From: Candidatus Latescibacterota bacterium
GTDB lineage: Bacteria; Latescibacterota; UBA2968; GCA-2709665
DNA length: 64,000 nucleotides
Direction: 5' to 3'
Assembly: GCA_965248435.1 (NCBI GenBank)
Contig: OZ252100.1
Location: forward strand, 2,048,001-2,112,000
The notes below the pieces were generated by a model. It was not told where the DNA came from. It made no database searches and worked only from the letters and a program-made list of their open reading frames with translations. Positions 1 through 10,917 of the stretch are shown here, piece by piece. Within the stretch, counting starts at the first letter, position 1. Each line of letters begins with the position of its first letter. Made by a program: the position numbers and the translations under genes.

Positions 1-1078
1 ACACACCACCTCCAACTCACGCGCTTCGAAGAAGCCGTGGATGGACACCCTAGGCCGCCCACCCCCGAGGACCCGTACTTTGCCTTTCCTAATCAGTGAT
101 CGCAGCACTTCACGTCCGTGCTTAGGCAGCATTCCTTCGTCAAGACTTGCAATGAACACGGCCTTGTCACTCGTAATTTCTCCCCTTAATATCTCGGCTT
201 CGATCTTCTCCTGGAATAGATTAAGCTTTTGAGGTTTGTCCATCTCGGGGAACAGGTGTGGGATTTGCGAGTCGAGATTGTCCTGATCGATATCGAAATT
301 GGCCTCTCCTCGCTGGGGATCTACTTTCCAGCAAAGCCGCAAGAATTTGTCTATCCCAAGTGGATGAGCAGATCCGAAAATTAGGCCGTAGATATTGCTA
401 CCTTTCTTAATCGAGAACGGAGTCAGATAGATGGGCTTCGAGGCGCTGACAAGCCCTCTGTAGTAATCCGTTACTGCGCGATGGGTGTGGTTAAATTTTC
501 GAGCGGAAATCGAACCCTTGGGGATAGGAAGATGCTTTTTGAAGTGGGGGTGCTCTGAGAAGCGCCGGACGAATGATGATGCGATAAAAAAAATAAAGTC
601 GGTTCTGGGAAGCTCTAATCCGAGCGAAGACATCGTCGGAGATGAACTTCATCCCTTGCTGGTCCAGGAATAGAAGATTTGGTCCCTCCACCATTTCTGA
701 GTAGAGAGTGTCGAAAGCCTCATGAAATTTCAGATTGTAGACTCGCCATTCACATAGATCCTTCGGGATTTTCTGGGCCTCCATGACTTCTCGCAAGCTC
801 TTTGCTTTCCATTTCACTGCCTCGTTCAGCTCAAGCCTGATCCTCGTTCCGGTAGTCCGAATCGACGGTGTGTATTTGCGAATCTCATCCAAAATAACGA
901 GGGGGCTGCCACGATTCCCTGCCGAGTCACGGCCTGGCCCCGCGAAGAAGTCCACGATTGTTATCGTCCCACCCTGCTGATTTGAAAGGAATACCGGCAA
1001 CCACTCCTTCGTATAGCTCCTAAACAGATAGAGTTTCTCTAACGTACCTTCATCAAACGGTTTGCGGTGGAAGTTCAT
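1..1078 (-). pseudogene. tcmP: Three-Cys-motif partner (TcmP-like) protein, frameshifted near 617, runs off the window start
   Basis: N-terminus ...TLEKLYLFRSY...IVDFFAGPG...LLFLDQQG. Coding continues in another frame (ELPRTDFIFFIASSFVRRF...YLTPFSIKKGSNIYGLIFGSAHPLG). The shift may be a sequencing error. Confidence 0.65.
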
Positions 1079-1368
1079 CGTCTAATTCCGCATTCACTCG
1101 ACGAAGCCACCAAACGGTGTGGCTCCATCTCTCGATAACCATTTACTCGTAAGCGATGTCGCAACTGCAAGTTCACGGCTCAATCAACTTACAACCAACG
1201 CCATTCACATAAAAGTATAGTCAAAATTCTCCAGCCCGGGAAGGCTCGACATTCAGGAATACTTCGTGAATGTGGTAGCAACCTACGCCCAGATGCATCT
1301 ACAGACATAGTGTCCCACCTTGGGAAGCCAACCAGCACCATTTCATCAACTCTCTTCCTTCACTGATC

Positions 1369-2298
1369 CTATTCAAATTCTTCAACCGAGCCTTTATATA
1401 ATTGCACAAAGTTCTCAAGTGCAGTGGCTTTCAGGTTGAATCGTCGAAAATGTCCCTCTCCGTATTTGGTGCCATCGTAATCTCTGATCGCACAGCCACC
1501 ATTGTCAGATTCAGCGCCTATGTGGACCACATAGTGGTTCATGGTTAGATTGCCCCCGAAACGGTCTCTCAGCTTACTCGCCCATGCTTCAATTAGCAGG
1601 GCTTTGTGCGGTAATGCCTCTGCGTAAGCACCGACAAACTCTTCGAAAGCCTTTGACTCTCGAAATCCTTTGGTTAATTCAACGGGCCTTCTGGGCAAGC
1701 ACGACTCGACAGTTGTCAGGATTGTCGGGATGCCCTCGCTCTCGATTTGAATCAGATACAAGAGAGCCTGTCCGTCTTCCTCAAGCAAGGCTGGAAGCTT
1801 GTTAAGTAGCTGCTCAGCAGAACCGTTTCCATCCACCCCAGCTTCGGAGTGCAGGGCACCAACAACACCTTCAGGTGTGGCGACAAAAGGTGGGTTGGCG
1901 AAGATCGCATCAAACATACCAGAAGACTGAAAGCTGCCGAAATCTGCGACTACCGTGGAAATTCTGTCTAAGGGGAGGTTGTTTCTCTTAATATTCTCCA
2001 GAAGAAAGTCCATTGCCCTGGAATTGATGTCTACGAAGGTGACCCTCTCGGCGCCCAGCGCCAGAGCGACAATACCAAGTGGGCCTGATCCCGAAAATGG
2101 CTCCAAGACATTCTTGCCACGGACAAGCTCCGGGTGACTAGCTATATACTGCATCTGGATACCGCAAGCCGCTCCTAGAGCAATGACTCTGTTTTGATCA
2201 GGTCGATCCAGCTTGTCTGTCTGGAAGACTAGCTCGCCAAATCTATAGACCCAAGAGTCCCCCTCATCTCCTGCGAACGTAAGTGGCGGTTTCATCAT
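1369..2298 (-). CDS. Class I SAM methyltransferase (HemK/PrmC-like)
   Basis: VLEPFSGSG SAM-binding motif and NPPF motif. Confidence 0.75.
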   Translation of the reverse strand: MMKPPLTFAGDEGDSWVYRFGELVFQTDKLDRPDQNRVIALGAACGIQMQYIASHPELVRGKNVLEPFSGSGPLGIVALALGAERVTFVDINSRAMDFLLENIKRNNLPLDRISTVVADFGSFQSSGMFDAIFANPPFVATPEGVVGALHSEAGVDGNGSAEQLLNKLPALLEEDGQALLYLIQIESEGIPTILTTVESCLPRRPVELTKGFRESKAFEEFVGAYAEALPHKALLIEAWASKLRDRFGGNLTMNHYVVHIGAESDNGGCAIRDYDGTKYGEGHFRRFNLKATALENFVQLYKGSVEEFE

Positions 2299-2348
2299 GG
2301 CTGGTCAATGATTCATCCCATTCATACTTTGCTGCCCGGCCCACGGAA

Positions 2349-2789
2349 CTATTGATTCAATACGAGTGTGCCATCATCTCTGATTTCGAACATTGGACCC
2401 CAGGCCACCTCCCACGGGTATCCGTCGGGATCTGCGAAATACCCGCTGTAACCGCCCCAGGATGATTCCCGCGGAGACTTGAGTATCTTCCCTCTGGCGG
2501 CCTCAGCGATGCTGAGGACTTCATCTACGTCTTCACGCGTTCTTGTGTTGTGAGCCAGAGTGATTCCGCCGAATCCGCTCCTACGTCCCTCCGTAGCTGG
2601 CGAAATATCCTTGGCCAGGTGATCGTAGGGATAAAGCGAAAAGCGAGTACCGCTGGTTTTAAAGAGCGCACATCCTGCGTCGTCTTTAGCAGATGTCGGA
2701 AAGCCAAGCCCGTCCCTATAGAACCTGATCGACGTTGCCATATCACTTACACCGAGCGTAATGATGCTAATCCTGGGTTCGAAAGGCAT
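2349..2789 (-). CDS. VOC/glyoxalase family protein
   Basis: ITLGVSD...RFYRDGLG...WGGYSGYFADPDGYPWEVA. Confidence 0.9.
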   Translation of the reverse strand: MPFEPRISIITLGVSDMATSIRFYRDGLGFPTSAKDDAGCALFKTSGTRFSLYPYDHLAKDISPATEGRRSGFGGITLAHNTRTREDVDEVLSIAEAARGKILKSPRESSWGGYSGYFADPDGYPWEVAWGPMFEIRDDGTLVLNQ

Positions 2790-2819
2790 TTTGAATACCT
2801 CCGTCTTATAGGAGCTTAT

Positions 2820-3821
2820 TCACTTCTTGGCAGCCCGCGGTACCTTGGCAAACAGTCCTTCCTCTATCTGGTACGCCTCCTCATCTACTGTGATTTTCCA
2901 GGTCTCGTTCGGTTCCGGCGGGTTCTCAAGCTGCCAGAGCACGGTTTCCCTGAGTGCTTCTTCTACGGCCACAACGTCACGGACGCCCAGATCCCTTGAA
3001 ACGCGGGAAAGGTCATACTGGCACAGCGGTCCACTATATATATCTCCCTCCCAAACGTCGTCTGGTATTTCGATGATTTCCCATTCGTGGCCCAACGTCT
3101 TCGCGATCTCCTTTGCAATCTGGGGAAGCGTTTGACACTCCACATCGGCGAGATTGTAGACCTTGCCCACAGCCGCATCTGACTCTAGAGCTGATACGAC
3201 ACCCGCTGCCAGATTCTTGTGGTAGCCTCGCGCGGCTGGTATTCGAAACGCCTTCCCTGGGAGGGCCAATCTATCCCGGCTGTCCAAGACTCGCCTGATG
3301 AGAGCCCACTCGCGGTATCCACCGGATCGGCCGGGACCATAGATGACCGGATAGCGGATCACGGTCGCAGGAAAGTCCCCTTCTTGACAGGCTGCCAGCA
3401 CTGCCCTCTCCATCAAAACCTTGTCGTAGTTCCTTGGCTCTTCCTCATAGGTCGGAGGATCTCTTAAAGGCGCATCCTCCGAAATCGGTTCTTCTCCGAA
3501 GTCCGGAGCGTCCGCGTACACATCGCCAGAACTGATGTGTACTGATGCCCTGATTCGACCTCTGAAAGCTTCGATCACCGGCTCAGAGTCTGCATCGATC
3601 ATACTCAGCATGTCGATCACAGCATCTGCCTTGATCCTCTTCAGCGCCTCCCCGAACGTATCGCGATCTTTCCGATCACCGTGAATGTGCTCACAATCCG
3701 GCATAAACGGGCTCTCGTGCTCCCCACGATGGTAGACCACTACCTCGTGACCACGGTTCTGTAGTTCATGCGCAATAAAAGGACCACTAAATCCGGTTCC
3801 CCCCAGTAAAAGCACTCGCAT
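2820..3821 (-). CDS. NAD-dependent epimerase/dehydratase family protein
   Basis: GGTGFSG Rossmann motif, ISSGDVY, IYGPG. Confidence 0.85.
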   Translation of the reverse strand: MRVLLLGGTGFSGPFIAHELQNRGHEVVVYHRGEHESPFMPDCEHIHGDRKDRDTFGEALKRIKADAVIDMLSMIDADSEPVIEAFRGRIRASVHISSGDVYADAPDFGEEPISEDAPLRDPPTYEEEPRNYDKVLMERAVLAACQEGDFPATVIRYPVIYGPGRSGGYREWALIRRVLDSRDRLALPGKAFRIPAARGYHKNLAAGVVSALESDAAVGKVYNLADVECQTLPQIAKEIAKTLGHEWEIIEIPDDVWEGDIYSGPLCQYDLSRVSRDLGVRDVVAVEEALRETVLWQLENPPEPNETWKITVDEEAYQIEEGLFAKVPRAAKK

Positions 3822-3959
3822 CCGTCACCCCTCAGAAATGCTATGGTGGTACCTGCCGTTGCCAATCTAAGAAATTTTGAACCTTTTCAGCGCTTACGTG
3901 TATGACTATGTGATAGCGGTTCCGACTCAATGCAAAAGGTGATCTGAGAGATAGGAGAT

Positions 3960-5120
3960 TTGGAGATGAAAGCGTTAGCCACGTCCCTTGTTATCCTGGT
4001 ATCTACGCTGTGCGCCACCTGCATTGCCAAGGCAGAGTCACTGAAGCCGGAAAAGGTGCATCGACTTACGAGAGTAAATCAACCCAGGGAATGGTATACG
4101 ACACAGGCCGGCCTCTGGAAGGGAGAGATAGAAAACGACCCAAAGAATTCAGGAGCCTGGTACAACTATTACTTTGCTAGTCGTTATTCCCTGAACAAGC
4201 GAACCAAGTCGGGCAGAGCCACATTGGACAGGATCATCTCAGATATGGGAAAGGCAATCCCAGATAGCTATCAATATCTCTACACGAAGTTTTTGAACGA
4301 TGATCTTAAGGATATCACGTTGCTAGAAAGGGCCCATCAACTTCGCCCTGACAATCCTGAACATTACGAAAATTTCGTTCACATTTATGAACTGAGTAAT
4401 GAAAGGGAAAAAGCAAAAATATACTGGGAGAAACTCTATCGAAGCGGGTACATACCGGCAGCCTGGCTAAATTACAACTATAACACATTGATGTCTACTG
4501 AAGAAGACGCAATCCTATTTACGAACGGCGATAACGACACTTATCCCGCCTGGATGCTCCAGCGTGCGAAGGGGGTCCGGTCAGATGTTACCATTCTGAA
4601 TGTATTCCTATGCAGGAAGAAGCCTTACCTGCTTCGCGTACTGCAAGAGAAAGGAATCAAGATCAGCCCCGAGGAGTTGCCAGACAGTGATGCCGAGAAC
4701 TGGCTACTTGAGCTTTGCAACACTCTGATTGCAAACAATCCCAATATTCCCATCTACTTCGGTATTACCTTACCTCGAAGGTACATCGGGCCCTTGCAGG
4801 ATAACCTCTATCTTGTCGGACTTGCCCATCAATACAGCCCCAAAAGAGTAGATAACATGGCCTTGCTGGCCAAGAACCTAGAAAAACGCTTCAGGTTGAA
4901 CTATCTTCGACACGATTGGTACAGCGAAGCACACGTCTCCGAAAAATCCATTAGAGAAAACCACAATCTCAATTATATCATCCCATTCATGATGCTATAC
5001 GAACACTACAAAGCTGGCGGAGAAAGAGAAAGAGCCGATTATTGGAGGGAACTTTCGCTGGATCTTGCCCAGAAAGGGAACAGTAAAGGAATGCTGAACT
5101 ACATCAAGAAAAGAGGGTAA
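3960..5120 (+). CDS. Secreted TPR-like protein with DUF2723-like motif
   Basis: N-terminal signal peptide, helical repeats, ILFTNGDNDTYPAW motif; first gene of the ECF operon. Confidence 0.55.
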   Translation: MEMKALATSLVILVSTLCATCIAKAESLKPEKVHRLTRVNQPREWYTTQAGLWKGEIENDPKNSGAWYNYYFASRYSLNKRTKSGRATLDRIISDMGKAIPDSYQYLYTKFLNDDLKDITLLERAHQLRPDNPEHYENFVHIYELSNEREKAKIYWEKLYRSGYIPAAWLNYNYNTLMSTEEDAILFTNGDNDTYPAWMLQRAKGVRSDVTILNVFLCRKKPYLLRVLQEKGIKISPEELPDSDAENWLLELCNTLIANNPNIPIYFGITLPRRYIGPLQDNLYLVGLAHQYSPKRVDNMALLAKNLEKRFRLNYLRHDWYSEAHVSEKSIRENHNLNYIIPFMMLYEHYKAGGERERADYWRELSLDLAQKGNSKGMLNYIKKRG

Positions 5121-5142
5121 CCATCGGCGTGAGTGTTCTCGG

Positions 5143-5742
5143 ATGAACGCTTCCAAGAAGAGATACCAACAATTCCCTGACGAAGAATTGATGGATTTGA
5201 TTAGCAAAGGAGACACATCCGCTTTTGACGACCTCTATGCACGCTATAGCACGCGTTTGTTGCACTATTTCTTACGGATGCTTAAGGGAAACGAAGAGAA
5301 GGCACAGGACTTCTTGCAGGATATCTTTCTAAAGATCATTGAACACCCTACTAGGTTCGACACAGGACGGTCCTTCTCAAATTGGGTATTCAGCGTTGCT
5401 CACAATATGTGCAAAAACGAATACAGGGATCTGGAGACAAGAAAACTTCGGGCGAATGAACCGGAACTGAATTCAACCAGCCACTCTGACATCGACTACC
5501 TTCCTCTGGAAAGAAAGCTGGACCAGTCCGAATTCAAAGCAGCGCTACTAAAGGAGTTGGAAGATTTTGACGAAGACCAGCGAAGCACCTTTCTCTTGCG
5601 TTATCAGGAGAACCTATCAATCAAAGAAATCAGTGAGGTATTAGAGTGTTCAGAGGGAACGGTAAAATCTCGTCTTTTTTACACATCCAGGAAGCTATCT
5701 AGAAAGCTCAGAAAGCTGAATCCGCAAGAATCTGAGAGGTGA
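5143..5742 (+). CDS. ECF RNA polymerase sigma factor
   Basis: AQDFLQDIFLK...FSNWVFSVAHN (region 2); LSIKEISEVLECSEGTVKSRL (region 4). Confidence 0.92.
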   Translation: MNASKKRYQQFPDEELMDLISKGDTSAFDDLYARYSTRLLHYFLRMLKGNEEKAQDFLQDIFLKIIEHPTRFDTGRSFSNWVFSVAHNMCKNEYRDLETRKLRANEPELNSTSHSDIDYLPLERKLDQSEFKAALLKELEDFDEDQRSTFLLRYQENLSIKEISEVLECSEGTVKSRLFYTSRKLSRKLRKLNPQESER

Positions 5743-5749
5743 CAGGGCC

Positions 5750-6322
5750 ATGGAAAGATCAACGGACAACAACTGTACCCATTTCGAAGATCTCTTGGTG
5801 AGGAAAAGCCTGGGGCAAATCACACAAGGTGAGACCTTGCTACTGACTGAACATCTCAAAGGATGCAAGCAGTGCCAGGCTTACAGCGATACATTGGCGG
5901 AAATCGCCAGTTCGATGCAAATTTCCGAGACTGATCTAACTCCGAATCCGGAGATCTATGAACACCTGAAAAGTCGCCTACAAACTGCAAAGACGGTTGA
6001 ACTTCGTATACTGAGAACACTGGGGAACCGGTTGTTCAGAATATTCAATATTAGGATCCCTCTCTACCAGGCGGTGTTGGGAACGGCGGCAATTCTTATC
6101 ACCGCGTTTGCCCTAGAGAATGTCAGTCTTTCCAATCTGGATCTGCCTGAAAGTTCTCAAACGAAAGAACCAGCGATCGTCCCGGACAGACTACTCCATC
6201 ATCTCAAGATTACCGAAGCGCAAAGGATCGGGCAGACTGTCGGGGAAGATAGTCTTTTGACAAAGCACATAGTTGAGCTGCACGATACATTCCTTGCGAA
6301 AAGTATTTTGGAGGGCATTTAA
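5750..6322 (+). CDS. Zinc-finger (HxxxCxxC) transmembrane anti-sigma factor
   Basis: HLKGCKQC motif, one TM segment, directly downstream of the ECF sigma gene. Confidence 0.8.
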   Translation: MERSTDNNCTHFEDLLVRKSLGQITQGETLLLTEHLKGCKQCQAYSDTLAEIASSMQISETDLTPNPEIYEHLKSRLQTAKTVELRILRTLGNRLFRIFNIRIPLYQAVLGTAAILITAFALENVSLSNLDLPESSQTKEPAIVPDRLLHHLKITEAQRIGQTVGEDSLLTKHIVELHDTFLAKSILEGI

Positions 6323-6426
6323 CTTCCAAGTCGTCCTCCCCAACTAGATTTCCTTCTCCCCTCTCCACTGCCGCGGGCAAGTTGGGCGGAATGCCCTTCA
6401 CTGAAACAGAAAATGGGGGTTCAAAA

Positions 6427-7386
6427 TCATGAAAATATTGGAAGAATGTCTTTGGCGAAAACCTCCATCGACTGAACAGCTTCCTGATAGGATAGATCTC
6501 CCCATTTGAAACTACACAGTATCTCATCAACCCCGAGTGCTTGGAGTTCCTTTAGCTCTTTGATCATATCGGAAGAGGACTCATAAAGGCCGAAAACATT
6601 CTGGAAAGTATCAATTGTTTTCTTATGAATGTTCTCCTTGCCTGTAAGAAGCTCTCCGAATGAATTGACTGCACTACGAACCCTGCCCTGATCTATCGTA
6701 TCCTCTCTTACATAGATATTTCGAAGATAGCCAACATGCCCATAGAAATTGGGAGAACAAGATTCTCGATAAGCCTGGATGACTTCCCTCAACTTGGAAG
6801 AGTTCCCAGCTAGGTTGATATTGAGTCCAAGTTTCCCCATGGCAGAAGCTCCTTCCTTAGAGCCAACTGACACACAAATAGGCGGGTGGGGACTTTGGAA
6901 AGGTTTGATCGCTAACCTTACGTCTTTCAGAGAATGGTAGTCACCTTCAACTGAAACAGCTTCGCCGGACCACAAACTCATTATGATTTCAAGAGATTCT
7001 TTGGCCATCTCCCGTCTTTGTGCAAAGTCGAGACCGAATATATCGAAGTCTCTTTCTTGATTGCCCGACCCAAATCCTGCAATTAGTCTGCCGTTACTCA
7101 AATGATCTACCAATAGTAACTCTTCAGCCAATTTCACGGGATGGTAGAAAGGTAATACATTGACTGCATATCCAATTCCTAGGCGATGCGTTTTTACGGC
7201 GATAGCAGCTGCAATGACGGATGGAGATCCATTTATGCAATAAGAAGTATGGTGTTCGGCCAACCATACATTTGAAAAGTTTAGTTGCTCAGATCTACAC
7301 ACAAATTCTACAGTTTCATGTATGATCTGATTGCAATCGCCGCCCTTCAGCAGGTGCATTATTTGGAAAGTACTGAATATCATCAC
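6427..7386 (-). CDS. LLM-class flavin-dependent oxidoreductase
   Basis: VWLAEHH, HPVKLAEE, DHLSNGRL, KPFQSPHPP. Confidence 0.9.
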   Translation of the reverse strand: MMIFSTFQIMHLLKGGDCNQIIHETVEFVCRSEQLNFSNVWLAEHHTSYCINGSPSVIAAAIAVKTHRLGIGYAVNVLPFYHPVKLAEELLLVDHLSNGRLIAGFGSGNQERDFDIFGLDFAQRREMAKESLEIIMSLWSGEAVSVEGDYHSLKDVRLAIKPFQSPHPPICVSVGSKEGASAMGKLGLNINLAGNSSKLREVIQAYRESCSPNFYGHVGYLRNIYVREDTIDQGRVRSAVNSFGELLTGKENIHKKTIDTFQNVFGLYESSSDMIKELKELQALGVDEILCSFKWGDLSYQEAVQSMEVFAKDILPIFS

Positions 7387-7447
7387 CAGGTTTCTCTAGT
7401 TTTCGGTGTGTTGCTACTTTTTTTGCGTGCGAGGCTGGCATTTCCTA

Positions 7448-7570
7448 TAACGTTCTCGGGCTTTTGCAAACCTTGCCGACCCGTCAGGGCTGGAGTGTTG
7501 GTTGCCCCGACGCTCTCCCTCTCAACGATCGGCTAAAGCAATTCCGGGCACGAAATTGCCCTCTTTGTTA
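7448..7570. repeat. Degenerate attC-like cassette site
   Basis: TAACGTTCTCGGGC...AACC start matches the repeat family; the right half is decayed. Confidence 0.5.
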
Positions 7571-7576
7571 TTGAAA

Positions 7577-8362
7577 TCATCCGCGCTTGCGGCGGACCGA
7601 GATGATGCTTGGGCTATCAGCAGTCAGCGATTCCAGATTCCAATCGCCATACTGCCGTACGATGCTGAAGCCATTGTAGAATAGCAGTGCTGCAAGCTCC
7701 TGCGGGAAGGTGTAACGCAGCGCGATGCGAGTGACCTTGGTGTGATCCTCCTCACCCTCGTGCCAGCGTTTGTAGGTCGTCCAGTGGTGGATCTGAGCCA
7801 TATGGTCATATACGTACGTTCTCGATACACGCACTTCGCTCCCGCTGGTATCGCTAAAAGAAGGCCAATCTTGCTCTTCTTCGTTCGTCTCAAGGGGTAC
7901 AAATAGCCCTTCTGGGGTCTGGGAGTGGGGGAAAAGTGGGTTGCGCGTTTCGAAGGCAAACAATCCCTCGTCGTGTAAATGTGCATGCACGCGTTGCAAC
8001 AGTGCTTCTTGATCTGCGTTTGTCAGAAAACTCTGGAAGGCGTTGCCAGTCAAGAAGATGAGTCGAAATTGTTCGCCAAGGTCAAATGTGCGTGCGTCAC
8101 CCGCAATCCAGCGCGTAGGGAGGCCAACAGATTTGCTACGCGCCTGATCTATCATTCCAGGGACAATATCCAAGCCAGTTACAGAAAAGCCCAAGCGGGC
8201 AATCGGGATGCTGACGCGACCCGTGCCACAGGCAATTTCGAATACAGAACCACCCGTTTCTTGCGCCAGGGCTGCGTAGAAGGCGATGCCTGTATCGCTG
8301 GCATCCCCCATGTCATAGTTGGCTGGATCGGAGAACTCCTCGAGATTGTCGTGATCAATCAA
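7577..8362 (-). CDS. Class I SAM methyltransferase
   Basis: EIACGTGR, GLDIVPGM, GDARTF. Confidence 0.9.
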   Translation of the reverse strand: MIDHDNLEEFSDPANYDMGDASDTGIAFYAALAQETGGSVFEIACGTGRVSIPIARLGFSVTGLDIVPGMIDQARSKSVGLPTRWIAGDARTFDLGEQFRLIFLTGNAFQSFLTNADQEALLQRVHAHLHDEGLFAFETRNPLFPHSQTPEGLFVPLETNEEEQDWPSFSDTSGSEVRVSRTYVYDHMAQIHHWTTYKRWHEGEEDHTKVTRIALRYTFPQELAALLFYNGFSIVRQYGDWNLESLTADSPSIISVRRKRG

Positions 8363-8407
8363 TTCGCTGCTTCCTATTTCTTCAAGCGAAAACCCTGGGT
8401 AGTGTGC

Positions 8408-8905
8408 TCATTGCTCGGCCTGCTCAATTGCATTACGAAGCTTCTCCGCAAATTTTGCCATTTCGTCTGGCGTAGTTTCAATGACGCCATTCTCATGCAT
8501 TAGCGCATAGTATTGCTGTTGCTCAAGCGGAACCCCCTTTGGAAGCGGCGCCACATGCCAATGGACATGTGAATTGGCGGCTTGGCTTCCTAGGCTTAGA
8601 ATGTAGATGCGTTCTGGTTCAAGCAATTGTCTCATTGCTTCCGAAATTTTGTATATGAAACGCTGTAGATCCAGATATTCCTTCTTATCGAAGTCACCTG
8701 TGACCTGTTCGTGGTGTTTCTTCGGGGCAACTAAGACATATCCAAAGAGAGTTGGGAACCTGTTAAGAAAGGCAACTGCAGTGTCGGTTTCAGCAACGAC
8801 TAAATGCTCATAACGGGGGTTACCCGCTAGGAATTCGCAAATAAAGCAATTCGTATCTTTCTTTGTAAGACGAGACATATCGAATGGTACGCGCGTTCTA
8901 TCCAT
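8408..8905 (-). CDS. HIT family protein
   Basis: CFIC and HVHWHV motif. Confidence 0.88.
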   Translation of the reverse strand: MDRTRVPFDMSRLTKKDTNCFICEFLAGNPRYEHLVVAETDTAVAFLNRFPTLFGYVLVAPKKHHEQVTGDFDKKEYLDLQRFIYKISEAMRQLLEPERIYILSLGSQAANSHVHWHVAPLPKGVPLEQQQYYALMHENGVIETTPDEMAKFAEKLRNAIEQAEQ

Positions 8906-9419
8906 GGGGGTGACTGTTCTCCCAGTCCTCCCGTCTAATCTCCATATTCAAGATCAGTATCTCTTCTTGCAGAAGTCTAGAGTGGGATTGCCTTTTAGTT
9001 TTTGATGTGAATCCGGCTGCCTTGTAACACCGGATTGCGGGATGATTCGTGTCAAAGACTCCAAGCCCGACCTTGACGAAGTCCATTTCCTCAAATCCCA
9101 CCCGCAGCGCTTCAGCCAGGATTCTTCTTCCAATCCCCTTCGACCTCGCATCTGGTTTCACTATGACTCGGAATAGCCGACCCTCTTTCGGGTGTAACTC
9201 TCTAATCTCGAAGTATCCAAGAAGGTTTCCTAGGGAATCAATTGCCGAGAATCCGGTATGATCCGTCTCGCTGTGATGCTGGTTAAATGGCCCTTTCTCC
9301 AGGGGAAAATCAAACCAGGCACCACCCCAATATGCGAACTCCTTCTTGTCACTCACCCAGGTAGCGAGTCTGTCAAAATCGTTTTCTTGATATGGGCGTA
9401 TGGATACAGACTCTTCCAC
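8898..9419 (-). CDS. GNAT acetyltransferase
   Basis: RSKGIG, NHPAIRCYKAAGF. Confidence 0.88.
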   Translation of the reverse strand: MEESVSIRPYQENDFDRLATWVSDKKEFAYWGGAWFDFPLEKGPFNQHHSETDHTGFSAIDSLGNLLGYFEIRELHPKEGRLFRVIVKPDARSKGIGRRILAEALRVGFEEMDFVKVGLGVFDTNHPAIRCYKAAGFTSKTKRQSHSRLLQEEILILNMEIRREDWENSHPHG

Positions 9420-9424
9420 GGTGT

Positions 9425-9562
9425 TCAGATCCTGTTAACCCATCTGTGCCACGGATATTTGTTGGTGCTGTATCGCTCATGAAGTTCAAACCGAGCATAC
9501 AGGTTGCTGGCGTCCTTGTACTGTTCGGTAAGCAGGTAGTTTTGATCTGAAAGCCTCGACAT
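9425..9562 (-). pseudogene. Truncated N-terminal fragment of a methyltransferase
   Basis: MSRLSDQNYLLTEQYKDASNLYARFELHERYSTNKYPWHRWV* aligns with the N-terminus of 43714..44544 (HLLTHQYKDATNLKDR...WNRWI). Confidence 0.7.
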
Positions 9563-9590
9563 GGAATCCCTATGAGCCGGAGGTGCCGTA

Positions 9591-10100
9591 TTAAATGTTG
9601 TCATGCCCCCCAGCTTCTGGGAGTTCTAAGAAACGTTCGAACCAGTGCCTGGTGCTAGGGTGCATCTTGTAGTTCCTTGCCCAATTAGCATATGACTTCC
9701 TTGCGTTCTCTCTAACTCCTTTCAGGGAAAGTGCAAGACCCTGGAAGGCGGCCCAGTCGCAGACTGTCTCTCTTCTGGCTGACTCTGGAATCTCAATGCA
9801 ACTGCCGTCTTTGTTATACCAGTGGGGCAGTTCGTGATCATTCCTCGCAATGTGGTGGGCGTTGGCTTTTTTAAACAGACCCATATTTCGCTCTTTCTCG
9901 GTCGGGTTGCTAGGATGGAAATGTCGGCCAATCCCGAAGTACTCGATGGGGGTAATCTTGCTATAGTCGTGCAAAAAACCTCGTAAGGGCACGCCCAGCA
10001 TTACTGAGTGAACGAAGACCCGAAGCTTGTGCTTGACCAGATATGCTATGGTTGGAAGATGCCTCATGATCAATTCGATATTTCTCAGACTTTCCCACAT
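9591..10100 (-). CDS. DUF5662-like HD-type hypothetical protein
   Basis: HDYSK...HHIARNDH...CDW pattern. Start trimmed because the longer ORF runs into a repeat remnant. Confidence 0.55.
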   Translation of the reverse strand: MWESLRNIELIMRHLPTIAYLVKHKLRVFVHSVMLGVPLRGFLHDYSKITPIEYFGIGRHFHPSNPTEKERNMGLFKKANAHHIARNDHELPHWYNKDGSCIEIPESARRETVCDWAAFQGLALSLKGVRENARKSYANWARNYKMHPSTRHWFERFLELPEAGGHDNI

Positions 10101-10107
10101 CGAATCT

Positions 10108-10155
10108 GAACCTGCCGCAGGTTTACGCGTAGGCGCGAATGCACCGGAGCCGTGC
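10108..10155. repeat. Remnant of attC-like site (central part)
   Basis: GAACCTGCCGCAGGTT...GGCGCGAATGCACCGGAGCCGTG. Confidence 0.6.
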
Positions 10156-10199
10156 CTGATTCGCCTGCAGCAACAGGATCTCTGGCCGCCCATATGTGG

Positions 10200-10751
10200 T
10201 CATCGTCTTTCCGTCGAATAGAGTATTAGGTCAATGTCCCGTCCGTGGATCCTGTCGGCCTTTTCGAGCAGCTTTTCCCGAGTAAACCCGAGGCGCTCGA
10301 GCAATAGGGCGCTACCGGTGTTACCGACAGCTGAGCAGGCCACGACCCGCTCGCGATCGAGCACATCGAATGCATAGTCGATCAGGCGACGACCGCAAAT
10401 GGCCGCGACCCATCTGCCCTGGTACGCCGCACCGACCCAACATTCGAGTTCGATTGCATGTGGCTGCCCCGCCACTCCGACGAAGGAAACCCAACCGGCG
10501 ATCATCCCCTTGTGTAGCATGCAGAATGCCGGGCCCTTGCCGTCTTTGCCCTGTTCGCGGTCCTCGATGATCGACCGCATCTCGTCCGGCGAGCGGATCG
10601 CGCTAACCCATGGTATCCACTCGTCGAGGTAAGCCCGGTCAGCTTCGACCAGCGCGAAAAGCCCCACCGCGTCCTCTGGCAGGGCTGAGCGTAGGCGGAT
10701 TCGGGGCGTCAACTGTTCGTCCACTCGGACTGGAGGCATCGAAGGGTCCAT
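10200..10751 (-). CDS. GNAT acetyltransferase (RimJ/RimL type)
   Basis: YLDEWIPW, YQGRW, NTGSALLLERLGF. Confidence 0.85.
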   Translation of the reverse strand: MDPSMPPVRVDEQLTPRIRLRSALPEDAVGLFALVEADRAYLDEWIPWVSAIRSPDEMRSIIEDREQGKDGKGPAFCMLHKGMIAGWVSFVGVAGQPHAIELECWVGAAYQGRWVAAICGRRLIDYAFDVLDRERVVACSAVGNTGSALLLERLGFTREKLLEKADRIHGRDIDLILYSTERR

Positions 10752-10788
10752 CTTGTTACTTTCAATCAGGACTGGCTGTCATTTCATA

Positions 10789-10917
10789 TAACGGTCTCGG
10801 CACCCACGAACCTGCCGAGCGGGCGCGGCGGTTGCCACAAGTTGTGATTTAAAGCAAGCGCCGTGAACGAGGTTTGGCGAAGGCGCGAATGCGCCGGAGC
10901 CGGGGGTGCGCGTGTTA
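10789..10917. repeat. attC-like site, long variant
   Basis: TAAC GGTCT CG GCACCCACG AACCT...AGGTT...CGGGGGTGC G CG T GTTA. Confidence 0.85.

Noticed and set aside
3876-3905. ECF promoter (TGAACC...CGTGTA) upstream of the sigma operon
   Set aside because: Plausible, but a single short motif with no independent support.
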